From Dictyostelium discoideum (lineage: Eukaryota): 64,000 bases of DNA. Shown here one piece after another: positions 25,337 through 42,886 of the stretch. Under the pieces are notes generated by a model, which had not been told where the DNA came from, searched no databases, and saw only the letters and a list, made by a program, of their open reading frames with translations. The position numbers were made by a program, and so were the translations under genes. Location: positions 4,000,001 through 4,064,000 of the forward strand of contig CM000150.2 in NCBI GenBank assembly GCA_000004695.1. The letters are read 5' to 3'. Position 1 is the stretch's first letter, and each line of letters begins with the position of its first letter.

Positions 25337-25653
25337 ATAATAATAATAATAATAAAAAATAATAACAATAAAAAAAAAAATAAAAATGAAAATTAGTTTT
25401 TGAAATCTTTTTTTTATTTTATTTTATTATATCCTATTTTATTTTATTTTTTTATTATTATTTTAATAAAAAGAATTTTGATATCAAAATTATTATTAAA
25501 AAAATCATTAAAAAAAAAAAATCTTTTTTTTAAACTTTTTTGGTGCATATGCAATCAAAGTCCGACAGGATAGGAGTTACTTTTTTTATTTTTTTTTTTT
25601 TTTATTTTTTTTTTTTATTAATTTTTTCATTAAAATTTTTCAAAAATAAAAAA

Positions 25654-25697
<44 letters not shown>

Positions 25698-25967
25698 CCT
25701 ACAAATAAAAAGCTTTCAAATTAATTTAGGGTGTGTTGTTGTTATTAGTTTGTAACATAAATTGATAACTATTTATTTACACCACACTTATATATGATAT
25801 GTAAATAACAATAATTGTAGCAGAAAATAAAATAATAAAATAATAAAATAATAAAATAATAAAATAAAAACATAAATCAAATTTAAAAATTTATTTCTGC
25901 CCCGCTCCTATATTCCCCAGCCTACAGTTTTTTTTATTTTTTTGGTGTTTTTTTTTATTTTTTTTGG

Positions 25968-25998
<31 letters not shown>

Positions 25999-26153
25999 GT
26001 ATAAAAGTAAAAAAAAAAAAAAAAATAAAATTTAATTAATAAAAGCAAAAAAAATAAAATAAAAATAAAAATAAAAAATAGAATATAATCACATCAAAAT
26101 CACATATCGTTTAACATTTTATTTATACAAAAACTCCGCGTGTAAAATATATA

Positions 26154-26253
<100 letters not shown>

Positions 26254-26324
26254 TTAATATTAAATAAAAGAAAAGAAAAGAAAAAGATAAAAAAAACAAA
26301 AAACAAAAAACAAATTAAAATTTA

Positions 26325-27243
26325 ATGTGCAGACCAGAAGAGTTATTCGTAGATAGAATTAGTCCACATTTTATTTGTCCGATTGGTAAGTAATAGGTTA
26401 TATAATATTTAGTGTACATTGATTATATATTCCTAATAACAATAATTTCATATTATCAACTACAACTATAAATTCAACCACAATTACAACACAAATGATA
26501 ATGATAATAATGATAATAATGATAATAATGATAATAATAACCAAATAAATAGGAGGAGGTGTTATTGAAGATCCAGTTGTAACACCATGTGGTCATACAT
26601 TTTGTAACCCGTGTTTAATAAAATGGTTACAATCTAGGAGACAATGTCCGACTGATAGATTACCAGTTACAGATAAACAGTTGATTCAAAATTGGTTAGT
26701 TTATTATTACACTTCCGAACTTACTGTTAGATGCGATCATTATAATAAAGGTTGTTTATGGACGGGTAAGTGGTGTGTATTAGGTAGTCATTTAACACAA
26801 TGTCAAGCTGCATTTTCAAAGATTAGATTTTGGGTAAATAATCATCATCATTATTAATTATTAATTATTATTTATTAATTAATTAATTAATTTAAAATAA
26901 CCAATTAAATAACTTTTTTATTTTTTATTTTTTTATTTATTTTATTATTTTTTGTATTTTTTAGTTAAAATATCATGTTCCATTTGGACAACAAATTAGA
27001 GTTACAGGTAATTGCGATCAATTGGGTAATTGGGACCCAAAGAAATCATTCCCATTAAAATTTTTGCAAGGTGATACATGGGAAGGTGAAATTATTTTGG
27101 CACAAAGTGGAAGAATAGAATATAAATATTGTATTAGTTATTATGATACTGGTGAATTGGTGTATTGGGAAGCTGGTCCAAATAGAGTTATTTTAATTTC
27201 TGGTTCTTCAATTTATAGAAGAGATATCTTTAAAAATCCTTAA
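26325..27243 (+). CDS. RING-finger E3 ligase-like protein with a TRAF-type zinc finger and a C-terminal CBM20 starch/glycogen-binding module (about 207 aa)
   Basis: Exons are 26325..26385, 26553..26833 and 26965..27243. The RING spans the first splice junction: CPIG|GGVIEDPVVTPCGHTFCNPCLIKWLQSRRQCPTDR. The TRAF-ZnF-like segment is CDHYNKGCLWTGKWCVLGSHLTQCQ. Exon 3 carries the CBM20 signature residues (VTGNCDQLGNWDP, GDTWEGEI, RIEYKYCI, YWEAGPNR). Intron 1 contains an (ATGATAATA)n minisatellite. Confidence 0.65.
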
Positions 27244-27818
27244 AAAATAATTTAATAATAATAATAATAATAAAAATAATAAAAATAATAATAATAATGA
27301 TATGCAAAAAAAAATAAAAAAAATAAAAAAAATAAAAAAAAAATCATAGTCACAAATAGTCAATTTTTATAATAATAGAATATACATATCTTAAGGATAT
27401 CATATCTTATTTGTAAAAAAATAAAAAAAAAAAAACAAATAAAATAAATAAAGATGTTTAGAAAAAAAAATAAAAAAAATAAAATAATGGGAAATACAAA
27501 CCATTCCGACTATTAAAATTATCATGCCCAGCCAATTTAGTCAAATTTTTGAAAAATTTAAAAAAATAATTTTTTATTTTTTTTTTATTTTTTTTTAAAT
27601 TTTCAAAGAAAAAAGTTGAGGAAAACCATCGGTAATTCAAAAAAAAAAAAAAACTAAATTTATGCAATGGTACTAGTAATAGGTTATTATATAATATTCT
27701 CAATTCAATTAACCAAGTATTTGGGTAAACACCTGTCACTTTTTTATTTTGTTGTTATCATGATAACAACATTAAATTTACTGATTGCCCAATCAGCCTT
27801 TTACCAAAATAAAAATTT

Positions 27819-27856
<38 letters not shown>

Positions 27857-28748
27857 GGGAACTGGGTGAACTTAAAGCCAAAAAAAGATATTATTTTATT
27901 ACTACTTTCACACTTTGGCACCACAAACATGATTATTTTAATTTTTTTTTTTTTTTTTATTTATTTTTGTTTTCAAACGTGTTTTGAAGTTTTAGACTTT
28001 TTGAGGAAAAAAACATTGTTTTTATTTGAAAAAGAAAAAAAAAAAAAAATTGAATTTTTATTTTTAGTTTTATAAAAAAAAAAAATAAAAAAAATAAAAT
28101 AGATTCATTTTCAACCTCCATCCAAATATAAGGTAATAACTTTCTCTTTCTTTCTTTTTATTTTAAAATAAAAATAATTTTATTATAATTGTTTTTCTTT
28201 TAAAAAAAAAAAAAAAACAAAATCATTTTATTTTTATTTTATTTATTTTTATTTTTGTTTTTTATTTTTTTTATTTTTTTTTTTTTTTAAATACTCATAT
28301 TTTTTTTTATTTTATTTTTTTTATATTTTCAATTATTATCTAAAATATAAAATCCTATTTCCTATCCCGACATTATAAAATTTTCAACATACAATAAATA
28401 TAAAAAGTTTTAATATACAAATTATAAATCATATAATTTGTAAAATTAACAACCCACACCACACAAAAAAAAAAAAAAAAAACAAAAAAAAACCAGACCA
28501 CTCCACTCTATTTATTTTTATAGTCTGAAATTGCCAAAATAATCAACACTTCATTATTTAATTTTTTTTATTATAATTTAATTAAATAAATATTTATATA
28601 AAATTTGTTTTTTTTTTTTTTTATTTTCCTGATATTAAAAAAAAAAAAAAGAAATTAGAAAAATCATTATATTAATAATTTAAAACGTTTAAAAAAAAAA
28701 AACAAATAAAGAAATAAAGAAATAAAAAAAAAAAAGAAACTTTAAAAA

Positions 28749-29268
28749 ATGAGCCAATCAACTGCATATATTATTTTAAATATTTTAGTTATTTTAGCTG
28801 GTTGTTTTATAACAGCATGTGGTATTTATTTATTCGTTAATGGTTTATTCCATAGTATTATTGGATTTGTACTTGGTATTTATTATCTTTTGGCTGGTGT
28901 TTGTATTGTACTCCTCGAAATCGTCTTCCCACAAAAATTAGTAAATCTTTTTGGTTTTTATACATATTGGTTTGGTAAAGGTGCTCTTATTTCTTTGTAA
29001 GTATTAAAAAAATTAAAAAAAAAATATTAATTATTAATTAAAAAAAAAAATATTATTTATTAATTAAAATTTTTTTTTTTTTTTTTTTTTATAATATAGA
29101 ATTGGTTTATTAATCCTTGGAAATAGTGGATTCTTTTTAGCAGCTGGTATTATTGTAATTGCCGTTGGTATTGTTTGTATGATTTTCCATTTCCTTTTAG
29201 GTTGTCCACGTCCATTAATAAATCGTAGTGTTGAAAGAAAACCAGAACCACAAGGTCAACATGCTTAA
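28749..29268 (+). CDS. Small polytopic membrane protein (about 138 aa, 4 predicted TM helices), function unknown
   Basis: Exon 1 is 28749..28996. A GTAAGT intron follows. Exon 2 is 29100..29268. Hydrophobic helices are ILNILVILAGCFITACGIYLFV, IIGFVLGIYYLLAGVCIVLL, IGLLILGNSGFFLAAGIIVIAV and GIVCMIFHFL. Confidence 0.5.
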
Positions 29269-29285
29269 TCAATTTTTTTAATTAC

Positions 29286-29319
<34 letters not shown>

Positions 29320-29380
29320 AACAAGTCATGTTTTGTATATATATAATAAAAAAAAAAAAAAAAAAAAAAAAAAAACTTTA

Positions 29381-30378
29381 TTATTTTAATTGTTGTTGTT
29401 GTAATTGTTCTAATTTAATTGATTTTAAATAATTTTTTGATTTTTCAGATTTTAAAAAATATTTAAATAAATTTGAAAATGGATAAAAATTTAATAATAA
29501 AAAAAAGTTTAATTCAAATGGTAAAGTTATTCTTTGTTTTCTATTTTCAATTGCAGATATGGTAGCTTTTGAAATTTGATCAATTGAAACTTTTGGTAAA
29601 TATTTTCTTATAATTGGAAATTGATCATCATTGATATTATTATTTTGGAAATAGTCAGTTTTAATTTCACCTCCAATCACTTCCAATATATTAATACCAG
29701 TACCTGATAAATCAAATTTTAAACATTGAGTCAAACCCCTAATTGCCCATTTCGAACACGAATATCCAACACAACCCCCGATTGGTACTGACGAAACTGG
29801 TGTATTGATAATCACAATGGTCCCATCACCATTAAGTAGCATTGGTTTTAGTAATGAACTTATCATATTGAATGTAATTGAATATGATGATGAAATCAAT
29901 TCATTACATTCTTTAAAAGATGTATCTTCAATATATTTCCAAGTACCTGATCCAGCACAGTTTACTAAAATTTCAACATATTGTCCAAATTTATTTGAAA
30001 TATTTTCAATTTCTTGTTTACAATTTTTAAAATCTTCTTCTTTAGTTAAATCTGAACAAATATAATAACATTTTTCATTTCCAAATTGAATTTTAATATT
30101 TTCAATAATATTTTTTAATTTATTTTCATTTCTACCAATTAAAATAACTTTACAACCTTTTTTAGCAAATTCATTTGTAATACCTAATCCAATTCCACTT
30201 TTAATTTTTTCAAATAATAAAATTATTAATAATTTTATTTTATTTTAATTATTTCAATAAAATTATAATAATAATAATATATATACCTTGATGCACCAGT
30301 TACTACAATTAATTGATCAGATAATTTAATTTTATTATTATTACTAAAAATTAAATTTTTTAAAAAACTAAATACCAT
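29381..30378 (-). CDS. Short-chain dehydrogenase/reductase (SDR) family oxidoreductase, copy A (about 302 aa)
   Basis: Exon 1 is 30378..30287 (MVFSF...LIVVTGAS-). A phase-2 intron follows. Exon 2 is 30197..29381. The Rossmann motif TGASSGIGLG spans the junction. NCAG is present, and the catalytic Y-x-x-x-K is present as GYSCSKWA. Confidence 0.7.
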
Positions 30379-30542
30379 TTTTTTATTTTTTAACAAAAAA
30401 AAAAACAAAAAAAAAAAAAAAAAATTAAAAAAATGATTAGGAAAAATTATTAAAAAACAGATAATTTTTAACACCTTTTTTACCCACTTTTTTTTTTTTT
30501 TTTTTTTTTTTATTATTATTTTTTTTTTTTTTTTTTTTTATT

Positions 30543-31394
30543 TTATTCTTGTTTATTATTATTTATATTATGAAATTGTTGTTGTTTTAATTTAAATTGT
30601 TGTTGTTTTAATTTAATTTCAATTAAACGATTTCTTGATTTTTCAGAGAGTAAAAGATATTTTAATAAAATTGAGAATGGGAAAAAAGCGAAATATTTTG
30701 CAACATTTAACATTAATGGTAGGATTAACTTTTGTTTTCTATTTTCAATTGCTTTGATTGTACCTTTTGCAACTTGATCAACTGTTACCTTTGGTACGAA
30801 TTTACTGAGTAATGGGAAAGAGTCATCGCCGATACCGTTGTGTTGGAAATACTCGGACTTAGTTTCACCGGGTATCACCTCCAACACATTGACACCGGTG
30901 CCACGTAAATCGATTCTCAAACATTCTGTAAACCCTTTTAAAGCCCATCTCGAGCACGCATACCCAATACAACCACCCCAAACATTCACAGAAACTGGCG
31001 AATTAATATTCACAATAGTGCCCTCGCCATGAAGTAGCATTGGCTCCAATAGCAGTCTTGTCATATTAAATGCCGCGAAATAGGGTAACGACATCATATC
31101 ATTACATTCCTTAAACGATGTCTCTTCAATGAATTTCCAATTACCTGCACCTGCACAATTAACTAATATTTCCACATATTGACCATTATCATTTGAAATT
31201 TTACCAATCTCTTTTAAACAATTATTTAAATCTTCCTCTTTTGATAAATCTGCACTTATATAATAACATTGATTATTACCATATTCAATTTTAATATTTT
31301 CAATTATTTCTTTTAATTTATTTTCATTTCTTGCAATTAATATAACTTTACTACCTTTTTTTGCTAATTCTTTTGTAATTTCTAAACCTATTCC

Positions 31395-31433
<39 letters not shown>

Positions 31434-31583
31434 ATAATCAATAATTAAAAAATGAAAAAAATGAAAAAAATAAAAGGGAGTAATTAATATTTACCTTGAT
31501 GCACCAGTTACAACAACTAATTTATCAAATAATATTAATTTTTTAAAACCAAAAACTAAATAATTTAATAAACTTAATACCAT
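30543..31583 (-). CDS. SDR-family paralog, copy B (about 313 aa), in tandem with and co-oriented with copy A
   Basis: Exon 1 is 31583..31495. The intron has a GTAAAT donor. Exon 2 is 31395..30543. TGAS|SGIGLE spans the junction. The NCAGAGNW segment is about 60% identical to copy A. The catalytic-Lys position reads YACSRWA, i.e. Arg in place of Lys. Confidence 0.7.
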
Positions 31584-32293
31584 TTTTTTTATTTTTTTTA
31601 TTTACTTTAATTTTTTTATTTTTTTTTATTATTTTATTTTATTTTTTATTCTTTTTTTTTTTTTTTTTTTTTTTGTAGTAAAAAGTAGATTGTGGAATGA
31701 AAAAAAAAAAAAATAAAAAATAAAAAATAAGTAACACAAAAAAAAAAAAAAAAATAAAAAATAAAAAAAAAAAAATAAAAAATAAAATTTATGTTCAACC
31801 CAATTTATATTATACCGAAAATATCTTAGCCCATTTTTATCCAAAATTTTATTTTTGTTTAATTATGCCATCGCAAACAATTTTTTTTTTTTTTTCCCCA
31901 ACCTCCTAAAAATCATTGAATAAAATAATCAATAAAAAAAGTGTAATTATTATTATTGTTTTATTTTTATTTGTTCATTTTATTTTATTTTTTCCTTTTT
32001 GATAAAAATTTTAAATTAAAAAAATAAATAATTGAACTGTTTTTTGATAGAAATAATATTATTTTTAAATTAATCAAACAATTGTCCGATCATGATTAAT
32101 TTTCAATAAAAAAAAAAAAAAAAAATTTAAAAAAAAAATTTAAAAAAATGAAAAAAAAAAAAAAATTAAAAAAAATGGAAAAAAATATTCGTTAATTTCA
32201 TTTATTTTTAAATTTCAACAATAGGAACAAGGAAAAAAAAAATAACAACAACAACAATAATAATTAAATAAACCATATTTATATATTAAAAGA

Positions 32294-34133
<1,840 letters not shown>

Positions 34134-34416
34134 AAATAAATTTTAAAAATTAAAATTAAAATTAAAAATAAAAATTAAAAATAAAAATAAAAAAATAATT
34201 AAAATATCAATGATCAAAAATATCTAAAAAATTAAAAATAAAAATAAATTAAAAAAAAAGAAAAATCATCAAAAAAAAAAATAAAAAAATATCTTTGCAA
34301 ATATCTTTGCAAATATCTTTGGGAAAAAAAAAAGAATATTCTTTTTTTTAATCAAAAAAACCATTTTTTTTTTTTTTTTATTTCATCAATTCACATATCA
34401 AAAATAATAAAACACA

Positions 34417-38553
<4,137 letters not shown>

Positions 38554-38648
38554 ATACATATATTTACTTATAAAAAATTTTTTTTTTTTTTTTTATTGGT
38601 TTATTCTGGAAATAATTTAAAAAAGTTTTTAATTATTCCATACAAACT

Positions 38649-38680
<32 letters not shown>

Positions 38681-38698
38681 CTTTAAATTTAAATAGGG

Positions 38699-38924
38699 AG
38701 AGGTAGTACTCTTTTTTATTGACTCTGAAATGGTGCGATACAGAGCGAATACAACTTTAGATGTAATGAATAAAGGCATGCCGATATTATTATAATAACA
38801 TCTAAAAACCTCGAATAAAAAATAAGATTAAGTTCGAAAGCTATCACTTAGATAGCAGAACGATTTTAAGCGTTCTAGAACAGATACTACACTTGATTAA
38901 AGCTATTACGCTTCAAGAAGATTT
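38699..38924 (-). ncRNA. U2 spliceosomal snRNA gene
   Basis: The minus strand reads ATCTTCTTGAAGCGTAATAGCTTTAATCAAGTGTAGTATCTGTTCTAGAACGC.... It contains the invariant branch-point-recognition sequence (GTGTAGTATCTGTTC) and the U6-pairing region. A downstream Sm site reads TTATTTTTTATTCGAGG. The 3' stem-loops end in ...GTACTACCTCTCCC. GC content is far above the surroundings. Confidence 0.65.
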
Positions 38925-39292
38925 TTGTGACTTTATTGCTTTTTTAAGGCAAAAAAAGTGATTTTAAAAGTTTTTAATTTCTTCATTTTTATATTCAACT
39001 TTTAAAAAATAATAATTTTGGGAAAAAAAAATCATCACTTTAAAAAATTACAACAAATAATGAAATTTCAAAAATAAAAATTTTTTTTTTTTTAATGAGA
39101 ATAAAATCTAAATCGAAAACTTTTTTTTTTATTTAATTACCCTTAAGAAAAAATTAAATGTGAAAATAAATGTTATATTTATTTTAGTATTGTTTTTTTT
39201 TTATTTCTTAATGCACCATTTGGTTTTATCTAATTTTATAAACTAAAAAAAAAAAAAATTTATTTTTGGAATTAGTTAAATTTAAAAAAAAT

Positions 39293-40600
39293 TTAAATTA
39301 AAATATAATTAATACTTACATCTTTGGTATATTCACCCAAAACTTTTGTAAATTCCTCAATGGAATTGATGTTTTGTAGATCACCATGTTTATTTTCAGT
39401 TAAGAGAATACAATAGATAAGATGATCTTGGCAATCTGGATGATATTTAATGATTTTTGAGTCTGTATCACTTGGAAAAGCTTTACATATTTTTTTATTA
39501 ATTTCATTATAATCTTTATCATCATGACCTTCTTCGCTATCACTTTGATCGCCTTCGATTTTATTTGGGAATTTAAATGGTTCTAAATCATCTTTAATTT
39601 TAACTTCTTTCAATTGAATGATGTTTTCATTTTTAATAAATTTCAATTTTTTATAAAGTTCTTTTACTAAATCAATATTTTTTAAATCGATATATATCTT
39701 ATCTGGGAAAGGTGCGAGTATTGATGTTGGTTCGATAACGGTATTTTGTGTTATAGCAGTTATCGTTTCTTTCCCATCTTTATTTTTTGATGAGGTAACT
39801 GTTAATGTTGATTCAACATAGATATCTTTAAACAATTGGTAAGATTTGGATTTTTCAAAGCTACAAGTGACATCATTATCATCACATAAAATAATTTCCC
39901 CATTGATTGATGGAAACACATTGAAATCGAATAACTCTGATTTGTATTTATTTGTTGTAGTTTGATCCTTAAGTTGGGTTAATAGTGGAATATAAACATT
40001 GTCATAACCATAATTATATTCATTTGAAAATAATTTATCTTCATCTTTTTCATTATTGTAAACGATAATAAATGGATTCAAATGATAGTATTTTTCATCA
40101 TCTCCATAACCTTTAACCTTGGTTTCAAAGTCTAGCTTTCTGTTACCTAAAATTTCTTTGAGATTATTTGGATATTTAGTTATTAATCCGTTTAAATTCA
40201 ACTTTTGACCTGCAATGCTATTTAATCTTAATGATTCTTTTTTAAGATATTGATTATTCTCTGGGTGTCTAATTATACCAACTCTTCTGTAAAAGTATTC
40301 AGAAAGATATTTCATTTTATCACTACAAAAAGCACCACCTCCACGTGCCTCTTGCTTTCCATGCCAATTTAAATCACCAAAGCAAATAGTCCCACCACCG
40401 CCACCGCTATCTACTTTATCTATATTATTGAATTGATAAGAAATTTTAGAATGGTCACTTCCTGAATCAGCACTAATAACTTTTGACCAAGGTTTCGAAT
40501 CTGTAAGAAAGATAAATTGATTCAACTGCTTGAGAAATTGCATTTTCACCTTTTGTAATCTTTGTTTGAGTATGGACCATTGTTTCAAAATTATTACCAT
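39293..40600 (-). CDS. Hypothetical protein (435 aa) with Gly-rich segments (SGGGGGT, ARGGGA) and an acidic C-terminal region; no domain recognised
   Basis: ORF-track ORF with an in-frame stop immediately upstream of the Met at 40600. Codon usage is typical of the locus. Confidence 0.45.
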   Translation of the reverse strand: MVIILKQWSILKQRLQKVKMQFLKQLNQFIFLTDSKPWSKVISADSGSDHSKISYQFNNIDKVDSGGGGGTICFGDLNWHGKQEARGGGAFCSDKMKYLSEYFYRRVGIIRHPENNQYLKKESLRLNSIAGQKLNLNGLITKYPNNLKEILGNRKLDFETKVKGYGDDEKYYHLNPFIIVYNNEKDEDKLFSNEYNYGYDNVYIPLLTQLKDQTTTNKYKSELFDFNVFPSINGEIILCDDNDVTCSFEKSKSYQLFKDIYVESTLTVTSSKNKDGKETITAITQNTVIEPTSILAPFPDKIYIDLKNIDLVKELYKKLKFIKNENIIQLKEVKIKDDLEPFKFPNKIEGDQSDSEEGHDDKDYNEINKKICKAFPSDTDSKIIKYHPDCQDHLIYCILLTENKHGDLQNINSIEEFTKVLGEYTKDVSINYILI

Positions 40601-40987
40601 TTTAAAATTATCTATATAATGCCAAATTATAAAAAATTTAATTTTTTCCTTGTGGGTTTCTTCAATTTTTTCATTATACTCTTTATAAAGGTTTTTATTT
40701 GTTGTTTGAATGAAGTATCTCCCTTTATCACTTTCATAAATTTTATTATAGTGAACATTTGATTCAAGAGGATTTAGAGTCGGGTTTGATGATGTAATTT
40801 CTTGGTTTAGAATTAATTCTGCCTATTTTTTAAGAATATTGAATTGTCCAATTATTTTTTTTTTATTTTTTTTTTTTTTTCATTTCTATTATTTTTATTA
40901 TTTTATTATTATTTCTTTTATTATTTTTTTTTGTAATTAATCGAAACAAAGAGAACTGAGACTTAAACTCTTGTAAAAAATGTTAAG

Positions 40988-41032
<45 letters not shown>

Positions 41033-41314
41033 CATACAAAATAAAAATACTATGGATATTCAGTCCACCAAATGATTGCGATCAAAAATTAAAAATAAAA
41101 AAAAAATAAAAAAAATAACTGAAATTATTTTTTTTAATTTTCCCAGTGGTTTTGATCATCAATTTTTTCATTTTTTAAATTAATTTTTATTTTTATTTTT
41201 ATTTTTAATTTTTTTTATTTTTTTTTTAATTAATTAAAAAAGTCTCCCACATTTTTTTTTTTTTTATTTCATTTTCTTTCACAGCAGTTAATAAGTTAAA
41301 TTAAAAAAAAAAAA

Positions 41315-42649
41315 ATGAGTGGATTTATTAAAGATTTATCTCAACCTCAAAGTGAAGCTTTAAATCAATTTAAAGAATATTTAAATAAAAAAGAAACAAT
41401 TGTGCAAATTAAATCAGATATTAAAAATAAATTACCAACAACTACAACAACTACAACAACTACTAATACAGAAACAGAAGAATCATCATCATCATCATCA
41501 CCATCATCAAAAGAAGAAGAAAAACACTTAAAAATTTGGAATATTAATTTAGAAAATGATTCAAAAGAGCGTGATATTATTTTATTAAAATTTTTACGTG
41601 CTAGAGAATTTAAAATTGAAAATTCAAAACAAATGTTAATTGATTGTTTAATTTGGAGAAAACAAAATCAAGTAGATGATTATGAAAAGATAGTTAATGA
41701 AGCATTTCCAGACTATTATAAAAACATTGGTACCATTTTCAAGACTGATAAAGAGGGTAGACCAGTAATGATCAATCATTACCATGCAATTAATCCAGAT
41801 GTTATTTTCAAAGATGGTGTGGACCAATTTGTTCGTTGGAAAGTCCAACAAATGGAAATCGCCATTAGGGATACACTCATCCCATCGCAATGGGAAATTG
41901 AAGATTTAATAGTCATTCACGACTATAAAGATTGCTCATTCTTTAGAATGGATCCACGTATAAAACAAGCATCTAATCAAACCATTCAAACCCTTCAAAA
42001 TAACTACCCAGAATTTTTAGCTCGTAAATTCTTTATTAACATCCCATGGTTAATGGAGAAGTTGTTCTCAATTTTCACAGTATTCACATCAGAGCGTACA
42101 AAAAGCAAATTCATAATTTGTTCTGGAAATTATCGGGAAAAACTTTTAAAATATATTGAAGCAGATTCAATCGCTCCAAAATTATCTGGTTTCGAAGATA
42201 ACCAATCACCAATTTTAAATATTAAAATCAAACCTCAAAAATCACATTCAATTCAATTAGGTAAACTTGATGCTGATAAAACTATTGAATGGGAATTTTG
42301 TACAAATGAGATTGATTCTGAAATTGGTGCTAAAATTTTAATTGAACCAAATAACCAACCAACAACTTCTAATGATATTTTATATTTTAATAATAATAGT
42401 AATAATAATAATAATAATAATAATTCACCAACACCAAGTAATAGTAATTATCCATTCAATTGTTTTCTTTCAATTGAACCAAGAGAATTTAATAGTGGTT
42501 CAATTCAAATTGAAGATGATTCTTATTATACTTTAGTTTTTAATAATCATTTAAATAAACAATGTGATTTATTTTATCGTATAACTATAAAATCAAAAAC
42601 AACTCATTCTTCAACTACAACTTCAACAATCGAAACTTTAGGAAATTAA
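41315..42649 (+). CDS. Sec14-like / CRAL-TRIO lipid-binding domain protein (444 aa) with an N-terminal acidic Ser/Thr-rich region and a C-terminal extension
   Basis: Single ORF. The CRAL-TRIO N region is ILLKFLRAREFKIENSKQMLIDCLIWRK. The CRAL-TRIO core is GRPVMINHYHAINPDVIFKD...LIVIHDYKDCSFFRMDPRIKQASNQTIQTLQNNYPEFLARKFFINIPW. Confidence 0.7.
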   Translation: MSGFIKDLSQPQSEALNQFKEYLNKKETIVQIKSDIKNKLPTTTTTTTTTNTETEESSSSSSPSSKEEEKHLKIWNINLENDSKERDIILLKFLRAREFKIENSKQMLIDCLIWRKQNQVDDYEKIVNEAFPDYYKNIGTIFKTDKEGRPVMINHYHAINPDVIFKDGVDQFVRWKVQQMEIAIRDTLIPSQWEIEDLIVIHDYKDCSFFRMDPRIKQASNQTIQTLQNNYPEFLARKFFINIPWLMEKLFSIFTVFTSERTKSKFIICSGNYREKLLKYIEADSIAPKLSGFEDNQSPILNIKIKPQKSHSIQLGKLDADKTIEWEFCTNEIDSEIGAKILIEPNNQPTTSNDILYFNNNSNNNNNNNNSPTPSNSNYPFNCFLSIEPREFNSGSIQIEDDSYYTLVFNNHLNKQCDLFYRITIKSKTTHSSTTTSTIETLGN

Positions 42650-42886
42650 AATTAAAAATAAAAAAAATAAAAAAAAAAGATAATAATAAAGATTTTTTTA
42701 ATAAACACTAATTCTTTTAGATTTCTTTTATTCTTTATCCTTTTTTTTAATATTAATACAACTTTTTTTATTTTTTTTTTCTTTTTTTAATAAATTATTT
42801 AATTTTTTTGGTTAAAAAAAACTATTTTTGTTTTGTTTTGTTTTGTTTTAAATGAATCTCTATAGCTATAAAATATACATTATCTT

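Noticed and set aside
27458-28075. Three overlapping 90-106-aa ORFs in a homopolymer-rich region
   Set aside because: They are dominated by Phe/Lys runs from poly-T/poly-A. They have no conserved motif and are mutually incompatible in frame, so the region is treated as intergenic.
39293-40600. EEP (endonuclease/exonuclease/phosphatase) assignment based on the FGDLNW...CSDK motifs
   Set aside because: The spacing between the GDLN-like and SDx-like motifs (about 20 aa) is far too short for the EEP fold, and no other EEP motifs were found. The gene is left as hypothetical.
40562-40762. 66-aa plus-strand ORF
   Set aside because: It overlaps, antisense, the 5' end of the 39293-40600 gene. It is hydrophobic low-complexity and likely spurious.
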